A stretch of 64,000 nucleotides of DNA, taken from contig JBOGUF010000149.1 of assembly GCA_050696075.1 (NCBI GenBank), forward strand, positions 10,507-74,506. The letters are read 5' to 3'. The stretch's first letter is position 1. Every line of letters starts with the position of its first letter. Below the pieces are notes generated by a model, which was not told where the DNA came from, did not search any database, and worked only from the letters and a program-made list of their open reading frames with translations. The DNA is from Thermomicrobiales bacterium. GTDB taxonomy: Bacteria; Chloroflexota; Chloroflexia; Thermomicrobiales; UBA6265. This document shows positions 25,957 through 34,131 of this stretch, in pieces. Position numbers and translations under genes: made by a program.

Positions 25957-27316
25957 AAGTCCTCGAAGTTCTGTAAATTCCTCCGTGTCGTCGTTTCGTC
26001 GTAGTTGTGGTTAGTCCGCGGCGGTCGCCAGCGGCGTCGTTGGCTGGTCACGGGTGCGTCCCTGGTGGGTCATGTCCAGATACCGGCGCCCGCTCACCCA
26101 CTCCTCGCTCTGCTCCATCGCCAGCGCCGTCACCAACCGCAGCAGACTCGCCCGGTGCGGAAAGATGCGTACGACGCGGGTGCGTTGCTTGAGCTCCTGG
26201 TTGAGCCGCTCGACTCCCTTGGTCGTCCGGAGGCGCGTGCGGTGTTCGGCTGGGAAGCCCAGGCAGGTCAGTGCGTCGTCCAGATCGTCTTCCCACCGGA
26301 TCGCTAATGCCGGGTGGGTCGCTCGCCAGCGATCAGCGGCGTCCTGGGCCGCCGCGGTCGCCTGGCTATGGGTGCTCGCCGCGAAGATGCCGCGCAAATC
26401 GTCCGCCAGTTCTCGTCGGCGTCGCTGGCTGACGGTGGAGAGCAGGTTCCGGGTGACGTGGACCTGGCACCGCTGCCCGCTCGCCCCGTGGACGTGGCGT
26501 TCCATCGCCGCGTGCCAGCCCCGGTGGTCGTCACTGGTCACCCGTTCCACCCCGCGCCGTCCGCGCTCCTTGAGGGACCGGAAGAGGGTCTGGTAACTCG
26601 CCTCGTTCTCGGTATCGGCAACATCGACGGCCAGGATCTCACGCTGCCCATCACGCCGCACACCAGCCACGATCAGCACGCCCTGATTCACCACCCGACC
26701 GTCGCTCCGGACATGCTCGTAGCGCGCGTCCACCGCCAGGTACGGGTACGCTTGGTCCGTCAAGGTTCGGGTGCGCCATGCCGCCCGCTCGCCGTCGAGC
26801 CGACTCGTCAATGCCGAGACCTGGCTCGTGGAGAAGCTCATCCCACACAGCTCCTCGGTGATCGCGGCCACCTTTCGGGTCGAGACCCCCTGCACATACA
26901 TCTCCATCAAGGGGCTCACCAGCGCCTGCTCACTTCGCTGATACCGGGCGAAGAGCTCCGTCGAAAAGACGCCCTCCCGGTCTTGGGGAACGGCTAACGG
27001 CACCGCCCCCACCCGGGTCACCAGCGTCCGTGGCTTGGTGCCATGGCGGTACCCGGTGCGCCCCGCTGCGCGTTCATACCGCTCCGCCCCCAGATGCGCA
27101 CTCATTTCGGCTTCCAGGATTGCCTGCACGGTTCGCTCGACCAGACCCCGCGGAACCTCCGGATCGTCGATCAGCATTGGTCCTGTGGAACTGCGATCAC
27201 TACCATTGCTCATGGCCCTCGGTTGCTCCTCCTGATGGCGTGCGTCAACACCGCTATCGTGGAGGACGGTGGCCACCTCGGTCATCCGGCCACCTTTTAC
27301 AGAACTCTACGGACTC
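25957..27316 (-). mobile_element. IS256-family insertion sequence
   Basis: Imperfect terminal inverted repeats aagtcctcgaagttctgtaaa (25957-25977) and tttacagaactctacggactc (27296-27316), 16 of 21 matching. They enclose the transposase gene. No direct target duplication found. Confidence 0.8.
26011..27285 (-). CDS. IS256 family (Mutator-type) transposase
   Basis: 424 aa. Characteristic blocks LEAEMSAHLGAERYER, YPYLAVDARYEHVR, LIVAGVRRDGQREIL, QRCQVHVTRNLL and TTKGVERLNQELKQRTRVV. Confidence 0.92.
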   Translation of the reverse strand: MTEVATVLHDSGVDARHQEEQPRAMSNGSDRSSTGPMLIDDPEVPRGLVERTVQAILEAEMSAHLGAERYERAAGRTGYRHGTKPRTLVTRVGAVPLAVPQDREGVFSTELFARYQRSEQALVSPLMEMYVQGVSTRKVAAITEELCGMSFSTSQVSALTSRLDGERAAWRTRTLTDQAYPYLAVDARYEHVRSDGRVVNQGVLIVAGVRRDGQREILAVDVADTENEASYQTLFRSLKERGRRGVERVTSDDHRGWHAAMERHVHGASGQRCQVHVTRNLLSTVSQRRRRELADDLRGIFAASTHSQATAAAQDAADRWRATHPALAIRWEDDLDDALTCLGFPAEHRTRLRTTKGVERLNQELKQRTRVVRIFPHRASLLRLVTALAMEQSEEWVSGRRYLDMTHQGRTRDQPTTPLATAAD

Positions 27317-27573
27317 AATCCCTCGGCCGCGTCTGAGGCAATAAGGTCGATGGCTTCGTCTCCGGCAACCTCCAGATTGTTTTCATCGTAGCGATTGACC
27401 AAATTCCGTCGGGGATACGACCCCTCAAAGCGATCTCCACGTTTGTCAGCACGGGAAAAGAATAGTGCGGAGTCACTCAAAAGAGTGACGAACTTAGTGA
27501 AGTCCATGAACCGCCAAATCTTGGCATTTTCCGTTGGCCGAAGGGGGCTGCATGCAATGCTTGAACTTGGCAT
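27307..27573 (-). pseudogene. DUF2971-like protein, N-terminal fragment
   Basis: IWRFMDFTKFVTLLSDSALFFSRADKRGDRFEG matches the DUF2971 N-terminal motif. The ORF ends inside the IS terminal repeat. Confidence 0.6.
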
Positions 27574-27595
27574 CGACTCGCGGACCGCGCTATCT

Positions 27596-27940
27596 TCATG
27601 CGTAGTACAGAATGCCGTCGTCGAACAGTTCCTTGGGATCGGGGCGTCCTGAGCCACCAATTGTCCCGTCGGGACGTAGATACTGGTGGACGAGAGCGAT
27701 GCGCTGGCCGGCGGCGTCGAGGTATGCGACCATTTGACTACGGGTGCCTGGAGGTTCGGCCGGACTGCTGGGAGGACATTCGTCCCACAGCACTTGTGTG
27801 AACCCTCCGGCCTGTGCTCGCTGCCAATAGTCGCCGTCGTGGAAGCGCTGCCGTAGTTCCCACGGGCTGACGCGCTGGCGAGGAGGCCGATCCAATGAGG
27901 ATTCCTCTCGATCAAGCAATCCTTGACCAGCTTTCGGCAT
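27596..27940 (-). CDS. hypothetical protein
   Basis: 114-aa ORF (..VAYLDAAGQRIALVHQYLRPDGTIGGSGRPDPKELFDDGILYY). Its 5-prime end overlaps the divergent ORF 27895..28149, so the start is uncertain. Confidence 0.45.
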   Translation of the reverse strand: MPKAGQGLLDREESSLDRPPRQRVSPWELRQRFHDGDYWQRAQAGGFTQVLWDECPPSSPAEPPGTRSQMVAYLDAAGQRIALVHQYLRPDGTIGGSGRPDPKELFDDGILYYA

Positions 27941-28149
27941 TCTTGGCCGATGAAATCTCGCTCGACGAGTTTAAGGACTGGCTGGTCGACGCGACGTGGC
28001 ATCTTACTCCAGATGATGAATCGTCGGCTGCCAGGCTTGCCATCCGCATCAAGCACCGACTTGCCGAGCATTCGAGCGGGTACATCTCCGATGACGCGTT
28101 GAGGCAAGTACTTCGGCCCTACTCCCCTCAGCCGGTTGCTCGTGCATAG
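27895..28149 (+). CDS. hypothetical protein
   Basis: 84-aa ORF with helical, acidic composition. No family recognised. Confidence 0.45.
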   Translation: MRIPLDQAILDQLSAFLADEISLDEFKDWLVDATWHLTPDDESSAARLAIRIKHRLAEHSSGYISDDALRQVLRPYSPQPVARA

Positions 28150-28219
28150 GCCCAAAGCGGGATCACCGATGGACGTCCGCCGTGCCCTAATCCCTCGCTC
28201 CTGAATCCTGTCCCCTGAA

Positions 28220-28354
28220 TCACATCACCCGCCGGTTCTCTAATTCCTCGAACTGGTAGGCGCGCCAGACGGGGATGCCGCAGTAGCGTTCACCTTCGGG
28301 GCAGATCGGTTTAGCGGCGGAGCGGGCGCGCATGACGCGGGGGGCCGTCGACGT
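28220..28354 (-). pseudogene. copy of the thyX-like gene 3-prime end (fragment)
   Basis: Reverse translation gives (YVDG)PPRVMRARSAAKPICPEGERYCGIPVWRAYQFEELENRRVM*. Nucleotide similarity to 34132-34270 is obvious by eye. The stop sits at the end of a short CTGAATC/CTGTCCC heptamer array (28201-28221). Confidence 0.88.
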
Positions 28355-28370
28355 AAGAACAAGCCGGGCA

Positions 28371-28379
28371 TGGTAGAAT
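28371..28379 (+). promoter_or_regulatory. candidate extended -10 promoter element for vapBC
   Basis: tggtagaat (TGnTAGAAT) ends 32 nt upstream of the vapB ATG. It lies immediately beside the border of the thyX-tail copy. Confidence 0.4.
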
Positions 28380-28411
28380 TGATCTAACGATGAGGTAGAA
28401 AGGTAGAACAT

Positions 28412-28666
28412 ATGGGATTGAACATCAAGAACGCCGAGACGCAACGGCTCGCACGAGAGCTCGCAACTCTGACCGGCGAGAGCATGACGGCGGCCGTGAC
28501 CGAAGCCGTGCGAGAGCGGCTCGACCGCGTACGTCGGGAACAGGACGATGGCTTGGTCGATCGTCTCCTGGCGATCGGTCGGGATTGCGCGGCGCACATG
28601 ACGGAACCCTATAGGTCCGTCGATCATGGCGATCTGCTCTACGACGAGCGCGGGTTGCCAAGGTGA
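28412..28666 (+). CDS. vapB: type II antitoxin VapB
   Basis: 84 aa. 4-nt overlap with the downstream PIN gene. Confidence 0.85.
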   Translation: MGLNIKNAETQRLARELATLTGESMTAAVTEAVRERLDRVRREQDDGLVDRLLAIGRDCAAHMTEPYRSVDHGDLLYDERGLPR

Positions 28667-29058
28667 TCGTCGACACGTCGGCGCTGATCGCCATTCTTCG
28701 TGACGAAGCCGAGGCTGAGCTGTGTGCCACGGCAATCCGACAAGCGAGCGTCCGGCGCATCTCGGCCGCTAATTTTCTCGAGGCCGCTGTCGTCGTCGAC
28801 GGGAGCCGCGACCCGATTGCCAGCCGCCGCTTTGATGAGTTTTGTCGCACGGCCAACCTTTTGATCGAACCGGTGACCGAAGCACAGGCGCGGATCGCGC
28901 GGGCCGCCTACCGGGACTTCGGCCGTGGCAGCGGACATCCGGCGCGGCTGAACTTCGGAGACTGCTTTGCTTACGCGCTGGCCAAGGTGACGGGCGAACC
29001 GCTGCTCTTCAAGGGCGATGACTTCGTCCACACAGATATCAAGCCGGTCTCCGCGTAA
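28663..29058 (+). CDS. vapC: type II toxin VapC (PIN domain ribonuclease)
   Basis: 131 aa. [12 protein letters not shown] (first acidic residue) and [11 protein letters not shown] motifs typical of VapC. Confidence 0.9.
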   Translation: MIVDTSALIAILRDEAEAELCATAIRQASVRRISAANFLEAAVVVDGSRDPIASRRFDEFCRTANLLIEPVTEAQARIARAAYRDFGRGSGHPARLNFGDCFAYALAKVTGEPLLFKGDDFVHTDIKPVSA

Positions 29059-29103
29059 AACAACCTCCTCACCGCACTAACCCGACGTGGCCTGACCCTT
29101 GAC

Positions 29104-29229
29104 TCACATCACCCGGCGCGCTTCCAACTCCTCAAACCGGTCGTCGCGCCAGACGGGGAGGCCGCGGTCGGGGTCGCCGTCGGGGCAGATCGGTTTGGCG
29201 GCGGAGCGGGCGCGCATGACGCAGGGGGA
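29104..29229 (-). pseudogene. copy of the thyX-like gene 3-prime end (fragment)
   Basis: Reverse translation gives PPCVMRARSAAKPICPDGDPDRGLPVWRDDRFEELEARRVM*. It begins 9 nt after the stop of the anti-sigma-like gene. Confidence 0.88.
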
Positions 29230-29238
29230 GGCCGGCGA

Positions 29239-29583
29239 TTAGGCGGGCGGTCGGCGGGCCACCTGCCCGCGTCGCGAGCCGACGACGGACCATCCAACGG
29301 CGATGAGAAGGAGGAACAATCCGACGACGCCGACAACTTGCGACGCGCGCCGACGCCGGTGCGCCGCGCGCAGGTCATGACGCCGCGCGAATTGGGCGAC
29401 GATCGCCGCCCGCGCCGCCGGGTCGTCGACGCGGGGATAGTGCTCCTGCAGCAGCCGGGTGACGTCGTCGTCGGTTTCCAGCCGCGACCATCGCGGCCCA
29501 CGGATCGTGCGCCCGGTGTCGTCGGAGTCTCCGCCATCGGTTGCCGCCGGGTGATCGCCCGGCAGTCCTTCGGGAGTCGGCAT
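29239..29583 (-). CDS. putative anti-sigma factor / single-pass membrane protein
   Basis: The ATG at 29583 lies 17 nt after the sigma gene stop and has a GAGGG RBS. One TM helix (VVGVVGLFLLLIAVGWSVVG). The assignment rests on position downstream of the ECF sigma gene. Confidence 0.55.
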   Translation of the reverse strand: MPTPEGLPGDHPAATDGGDSDDTGRTIRGPRWSRLETDDDVTRLLQEHYPRVDDPAARAAIVAQFARRHDLRAAHRRRRASQVVGVVGLFLLLIAVGWSVVGSRRGQVARRPPA

Positions 29584-29599
29584 CGTCGTCGGTACGCCC

Positions 29600-30196
29600 T
29601 CAGCCTTCTTGCTCCGCGTCCCGAACGTACGCATCGTAGCGCAGTCGGAACTGTTGCTGCGCCCGGCTGATCCGGCGTTCGGCCGCGGCAATGGAGATCC
29701 CGAGGACGCCGGCCACCTCCGGGGCGGTGAGCCCCTTCAGGCTGTGCAGAAGCAGCGCCTCGCGCAACGCCGGACTGAGGTCAGCAAGCACCCGCTCGAC
29801 CAGCTCCCGTTCGCCGACGACGGCGAACTCGTCGGGTTGCCGCGATCCAGAGAGGACTTGCTCGGCCTGCCCCGGCTGTTCGCGCAGCCATTCCATCGAG
29901 ACAACCTGCCGCCGTCGCTGCTTCCGCCGCGCCGCCCGCAGGCGGTTCTGGGCGATGCGATAGAGCCAAGCGCCGAAATCGCGTTCGGCCCCCGGCTGGT
30001 CGAGATCGATAAGCGTGACGAGGAAGCTGTCTTGGGTGAGGTCAGCGGCCAGATCCGGATCGCCAGTGCGGCCGGTGAGGTAGCGCACCAGGAGCGGGTA
30101 GTAGCGCTCGACCAGGACCGTCCAGGCGGTCTCTGAGCCCGCGCGGGCGGCCACGACGAGCTGGGAGTCGGTGGACGAAGCGTCGGCGGAGGACAT
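29600..30196 (-). CDS. RNA polymerase ECF-type sigma-70 factor
   Basis: 198 aa. Region 2 (YYPLLVRYLTGRTGDPDLAADLTQDSFL, WLYRIAQNR) and region 4 (LKGLTAPEVAGVLGISIAAAERRISRA). Confidence 0.9.
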   Translation of the reverse strand: MSSADASSTDSQLVVAARAGSETAWTVLVERYYPLLVRYLTGRTGDPDLAADLTQDSFLVTLIDLDQPGAERDFGAWLYRIAQNRLRAARRKQRRRQVVSMEWLREQPGQAEQVLSGSRQPDEFAVVGERELVERVLADLSPALREALLLHSLKGLTAPEVAGVLGISIAAAERRISRAQQQFRLRYDAYVRDAEQEG

Positions 30197-30408
30197 CGTT
30201 GGCCCCAGAGCGAGCGGTCACTCTGCTTCTCCGCTCGATCTTTGTCCGGGGTAGTAGAACTCGAGATGCCAAACAAATGAGGAGGATGGGCTGGCCCGTT
30301 GTGGCTACGGCACGGCCAATCGGAGGTTGATGTCCGGTTGTGGGTCCCTCATGCACTTAACAGAGTAGAAGGACGTAGCTGCAGGGATACGCGACGGAGA
30401 GCGGAAGC

Positions 30409-31056
30409 ATGGAAGGATGGTGGCTAGCCTCCTACATAGGACTCTGGGGAGCAGTACTTCTCCAAGTGCTCGTCATCCTGGGGCTCGCGCGAGAAGTCGG
30501 GACCATGCGTCTCCATGACGGTTCCCCAGGCGCGCTAAAGTCGGATGTCGGACTCGCTCAGGGCAGCGCCGCTCCTGAGTTCGCGGCGACGGAGGTGCCC
30601 AGCGGTCGAGTCGTTCGCTTTCATGCTGCGGAGCGGCACCGGACGTTGTTGACGTTTGTTGCACCGAAATGTGTCCCTTGCCACCGGCTACTGTCCGAAA
30701 TTACAGGTGGTTGGGGCGATTCGAGTCGGAATCTTCGAGTCCACGTGGTCTGCGAGGGAGACGAAGCCGAGGCGAGTGCATTGCTGCGACAGATTGGCCT
30801 CAGGATACCTCTGCTCTCTGACCCCGGTGCCAAGATACGTGGGTTCTACGGCAATCCCCCGATTCCATTCGCGTACCTGATCAATGAACGTGGAGTCATC
30901 GCACAACGGGGCATTGTGAACACCCGCAACGATATTGAGCGGCTAATCGATGGCCATACTCACCTGCCACACGGGCATGATGGGATACCTGAAAGCCCAT
31001 CACCCAGCGGAACGATGTCGGCATCGGAAATCCCGGCCCAGTCGGGGAGGAGCTAG
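30409..31056 (+). CDS. MauD-like membrane-anchored TlpA/redoxin-family thiol-disulfide oxidoreductase
   Basis: 215 aa with an N-terminal TM helix, the CxxC motif PKCVPCH, and LINERGVIAQRGIVNTRNDIERLI resembling the MauD C-terminal region. The MauD comparison is from memory. Confidence 0.75.
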   Translation: MEGWWLASYIGLWGAVLLQVLVILGLAREVGTMRLHDGSPGALKSDVGLAQGSAAPEFAATEVPSGRVVRFHAAERHRTLLTFVAPKCVPCHRLLSEITGGWGDSSRNLRVHVVCEGDEAEASALLRQIGLRIPLLSDPGAKIRGFYGNPPIPFAYLINERGVIAQRGIVNTRNDIERLIDGHTHLPHGHDGIPESPSPSGTMSASEIPAQSGRS

Positions 31057-31059
31057 TTC

Positions 31060-31494
31060 ATGGAAAAGTGGATTGACGCCTTGTCATCAAGGCTGGCCCA
31101 GCGAACGTCGCGGAGAGGCGTGATCGGATTGAGTGGTCGAGCGCTCCTAGCTGTCAGCGCCGCCATATTCGGGATGGCTGCTAGGTCGGATAGCGTGGCC
31201 GCTGCCTGCTCAACATGTGGCGGTGGCGGATGCAGCGACGGCGTCGGCCGCCCCTGCGGCGGCACCGGCAACGGAACCTGCTATCCCCAATCGCTCCGGC
31301 TGTACGGTGGTAACTGCACCACCGGCGGCAACTGTAACGCGGCGGCTGGGCTGACAAATGGCTGGGTCTGGTACTGCTGCGATCCGCACTTGCAGATTAT
31401 CAAGTGTCAGGATTGCTGCGACAGCGATACCTCGGAATTCGTCGGCTTTTGCCAATCGTTTACTGGTTCCTACTGCGCCTCGCCAACGCCGTAA
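31060..31494 (+). CDS. Tat-exported cysteine-rich protein, methylamine dehydrogenase light chain (MauA)-like
   Basis: 144 aa. Leader MEKWIDALSSRLAQRTSRRGVIGLSGRALLAV resembles the long MauA Tat leader. The mature part has 14 Cys. TNGWVWYCCDP...QDCCD resembles the MauA ASWVASCYNP...RDCCG block. Confidence 0.65.
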   Translation: MEKWIDALSSRLAQRTSRRGVIGLSGRALLAVSAAIFGMAARSDSVAAACSTCGGGGCSDGVGRPCGGTGNGTCYPQSLRLYGGNCTTGGNCNAAAGLTNGWVWYCCDPHLQIIKCQDCCDSDTSEFVGFCQSFTGSYCASPTP

Positions 31495-31578
31495 GGACTG
31501 TCAGGCAGTAGAAGCGGAGGACGTGGGTTCTCTTGGCTGGAAACAGTTCATCTGAAGCTAGACGGTAAGGAGGTAGTC

Positions 31579-31743
31579 ATGGCGGGAATTGGAGCCCACG
31601 CTCGCTTAGTTACCGCGGCGACAAGCGGAGCGGTAGCAACAGCCGTCGTGGCCACAATAGGATGGTCACTGACCTGGGTGCTGTTCACCGGCAGCTTGGT
31701 GTTGGAGAGCGTTGTCGGGATGTCCAAGGCCAGCACTGCCTGA
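31579..31743 (+). CDS. small hydrophobic protein (54 aa), below ORF-track cutoff
   Basis: Manual translation gives MAGIGAHARLVTAATSGAVATAVVATIGWSLTWVLFTGSLVLESVVGMSKASTA*. It is preceded by a strong RBS (taAGGAGGtagtc ATG). Confidence 0.55.
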   Translation: MAGIGAHARLVTAATSGAVATAVVATIGWSLTWVLFTGSLVLESVVGMSKASTA

Positions 31744-31752
31744 GGGCTATCG

Positions 31753-32379
31753 ATGATCGGGACGATCAGCCCCCTCGTGCAGGAGGCGCGAAGCCAATGG
31801 TGGCAAAGCAGCGCCCTTCATTCCCTGGGAAGTGTTGCGGGCGGAGTGATCACATTGGGGGCGCTGGGAGGGCTCGGTTACTTCCTCATGAGGGGAATTG
31901 ATCAGACCGCACGCTGGGCAGCCTTCGGTCTGATCACCCTCTTGCTGGCTTTAGGGGAGTTGGATGTGCTTCGGTGGCCGCTCGTGCGGACCGCACGGAG
32001 CGTCCCCAAGTCTTGGTGGCAGGATTGGGGCCCGAGACGAGGAGCGTTCACCTACGGGTTTGTCCTAGGGCTGGGCGTCACTACTGTCATTCCGTTTGGA
32101 ACCTACTACGCAATGGCCGCCGGAGCGCTTCTCGTGGGCGATATCCTCTACGCCGTAGGAGTAGGTGTCGCATACGGTCTTGGTCGTGCCTTACCAGTTC
32201 TCGTCGTGGGTGCAGCCTTAGTGTACCCCCACCATGCGGCCACACCGCGGGTGGTCACGACGCAGATTACAGAGAAGATACTCGGCTCTCGGAGGACCGC
32301 ACATCTGGTTAATGGCCTTGTGGGGGCGAGCTTTGCGGGAGCAACCGCAATAACTGTGGCAGTGAGCCTATGGTCATAA
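31753..32379 (+). CDS. integral membrane protein (DsbD_2/CcdA-like topology, no Cys)
   Basis: 208 aa with about 6 predicted TM helices and Gly-rich helices. Family assignment is tentative. Confidence 0.65.
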   Translation: MIGTISPLVQEARSQWWQSSALHSLGSVAGGVITLGALGGLGYFLMRGIDQTARWAAFGLITLLLALGELDVLRWPLVRTARSVPKSWWQDWGPRRGAFTYGFVLGLGVTTVIPFGTYYAMAAGALLVGDILYAVGVGVAYGLGRALPVLVVGAALVYPHHAATPRVVTTQITEKILGSRRTAHLVNGLVGASFAGATAITVAVSLWS

Positions 32380-32849
32380 CTGATGTAAAGGATAACGATC
32401 GTTCCTGTGAAGTCGTCTGCGTGACAACGCGCTTGCGTTTCCGAGGGCTGTGCGCACTCGTCAAGTTTCTCCTTGCTTATCGGCACGTACGCCAGGACTT
32501 GCATGGTGCTCTTGGATTGATGCATGTGTCACTCGTGTGGGAGCGGCCCTCTACTGTCTATATTCTCTCCATCTGGCGTTCGGAGGAACTAATGCGTCGA
32601 TGGGTTGGCACCGAGGCCCATGTAAGTGCGGTTCGCCAAACGTACCGCAATCTCACGCACGAAACATGGTCGGGTCTGTGGCGGCTCAATGCCGTTAGCC
32701 CAAGCGCGCGGCGTTGGCCGTCGGCTCCAACGATGGAGGCGACACCGCCGGTATGCGCCCCCGGAGTTCCGGATTGGCCATCTCCAGGGCGCAGCAGCCG
32801 GACGTGCGACTTGATCACGAATATCCTTGCGACAATGTGGCGAGTATAA
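32370..32849 (+). CDS. hypothetical protein (possibly DUF3291/ABM-like)
   Basis: 159-aa ORF. VTTRLRFRG...LSIWRSEELMRRWVGTEAHVSAVR resembles the DUF3291 pattern. Weak call. Confidence 0.4.
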   Translation: MVITDVKDNDRSCEVVCVTTRLRFRGLCALVKFLLAYRHVRQDLHGALGLMHVSLVWERPSTVYILSIWRSEELMRRWVGTEAHVSAVRQTYRNLTHETWSGLWRLNAVSPSARRWPSAPTMEATPPVCAPGVPDWPSPGRSSRTCDLITNILATMWRV

Positions 32850-32976
32850 ACATAATGTAATCTACGATACATCATGTTTGGACGATCGACAGGGTGCAGA
32901 CGAACCAGTTGGCACTTTAGGCAGTATGGTTGATGGATTGTGCCATGCGGGGTATTGCATCTAGCACACGAGGAGG

Positions 32977-34080
32977 ATGCCGATGTCATGGGTGCGTAGG
33001 CTGGTCGGGATCGTTGCCGTGACCGTGCTCGGTCTGGGCGCCACCGCGCATGCCGATGTCCCTGCCGCGCCGGCGCGAGACTTCGTCGCTATCGAAGAAC
33101 GGGGCGTCGTGCACGTTGTCGATCCGGCTACTGGTGACGTGTGGGAGCAGTTAGGAGGTCACGGCGCCTTGGCGAGCGTGGCCGCCACGAGTGGACACGT
33201 CTATGTCAGCGTGGCATCGACCGATGGCAGTGGCACCATGGTGTTCGCCATTTGGATGCCGACCGCCCACCGCGAGTCGATCGGGCATCTGCCGGAGGTG
33301 GCGTTGGCAAACAGGCTGTCTCCGACCGGCGACCGCTTATATGTGACCGCGTTCGTGAACGGCTCCCCCATCACGACGCCCAGCGCGACGATCAGCTTGC
33401 CCCTTCCCGACGGTGGGCTGACCAAGCCCGACAACACCGCCGCCCGCGACGCGGGTGGCGGTGTCCTATCTCCCGAAGGGACGCGGTGGTATCGTCTACG
33501 CACCCTATGGAAGGAGGATCGGATAGAGGGGGTCGAGTTGCAAGCGCTGGCCTTCCAGGAGGGGGGCACGCCAATCGAATCGACCCTCCGGCTGCCGATG
33601 TCCGACTACCACTCGCTCCTCATGGCGCCGAACGGACGCACCCTGTTCGCCGTCGACTACGGAGGTGCGTTCAACCAGCAGCAAACCATTCACGTTATCG
33701 ACGCCGGACATGATCAGCCTACTCTGGCGCGGTCGATTGCGATCCAACGGGGGCCAACAAAGGCCCTGCTGTGCCAAGCTGCCCTCTCACCCCAGGGTGA
33801 CCGACTGTATGTGGCATCACACGACGGCCCAGCCCGGCACGGGATATTGGTGTTTGACACCGACTCCTGGGAGCGGGTTGCGCACCTACGCCCGGATGAC
33901 GCGTATCGGTGCCTGGTCGTCTCCCCCGATGGCGACCGGCTGTACGGGGCAGCAAAGGCCTCGGGCGGGTATGCTCTGGTGACGATCGACGCGCGGACGG
34001 GGGCTGAGCTCCGGCACGTGCCGCTGGAACTGGACAGCGGCTGCTGCCCGTCCGTTCTTCTGGCAGTCGCCTCTGAATGA
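32977..34080 (+). CDS. secreted beta-propeller repeat protein (YVTN/YncE-like; possible amine dehydrogenase heavy-chain analogue)
   Basis: 367 aa with a signal peptide (VLGLGATAHA). Repeated SP.GDRLYV motifs (LSPTGDRLYVTA, LSPQGDRLYVAS, VSPDGDRLYGAA). The stop lies 51 bp from the convergent thyX stop. Confidence 0.7.
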   Translation: MPMSWVRRLVGIVAVTVLGLGATAHADVPAAPARDFVAIEERGVVHVVDPATGDVWEQLGGHGALASVAATSGHVYVSVASTDGSGTMVFAIWMPTAHRESIGHLPEVALANRLSPTGDRLYVTAFVNGSPITTPSATISLPLPDGGLTKPDNTAARDAGGGVLSPEGTRWYRLRTLWKEDRIEGVELQALAFQEGGTPIESTLRLPMSDYHSLLMAPNGRTLFAVDYGGAFNQQQTIHVIDAGHDQPTLARSIAIQRGPTKALLCQAALSPQGDRLYVASHDGPARHGILVFDTDSWERVAHLRPDDAYRCLVVSPDGDRLYGAAKASGGYALVTIDARTGAELRHVPLELDSGCCPSVLLAVASE

Positions 34081-34131
34081 CCTTGGCCGCGGTCATCGCC
34101 ACGTTGCGGGATAGGCGCTGAGCCCCCGGGG

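Noticed and set aside
28220-28735. 171-aa minus-strand ORF
   Set aside because: Only its last ~45 codons are the thyX-tail copy. The rest is antisense to vapB/vapC, whose plus-strand products are unambiguous.
29104-29229. Micro-ORFs starting at the conserved Met inside the thyX-tail copies (MRARSAAKPICP...)
   Set aside because: The Met is inherited from thyX itself. No RBS precedes it, and two copies lack that part. There is no reason to call them peptides.
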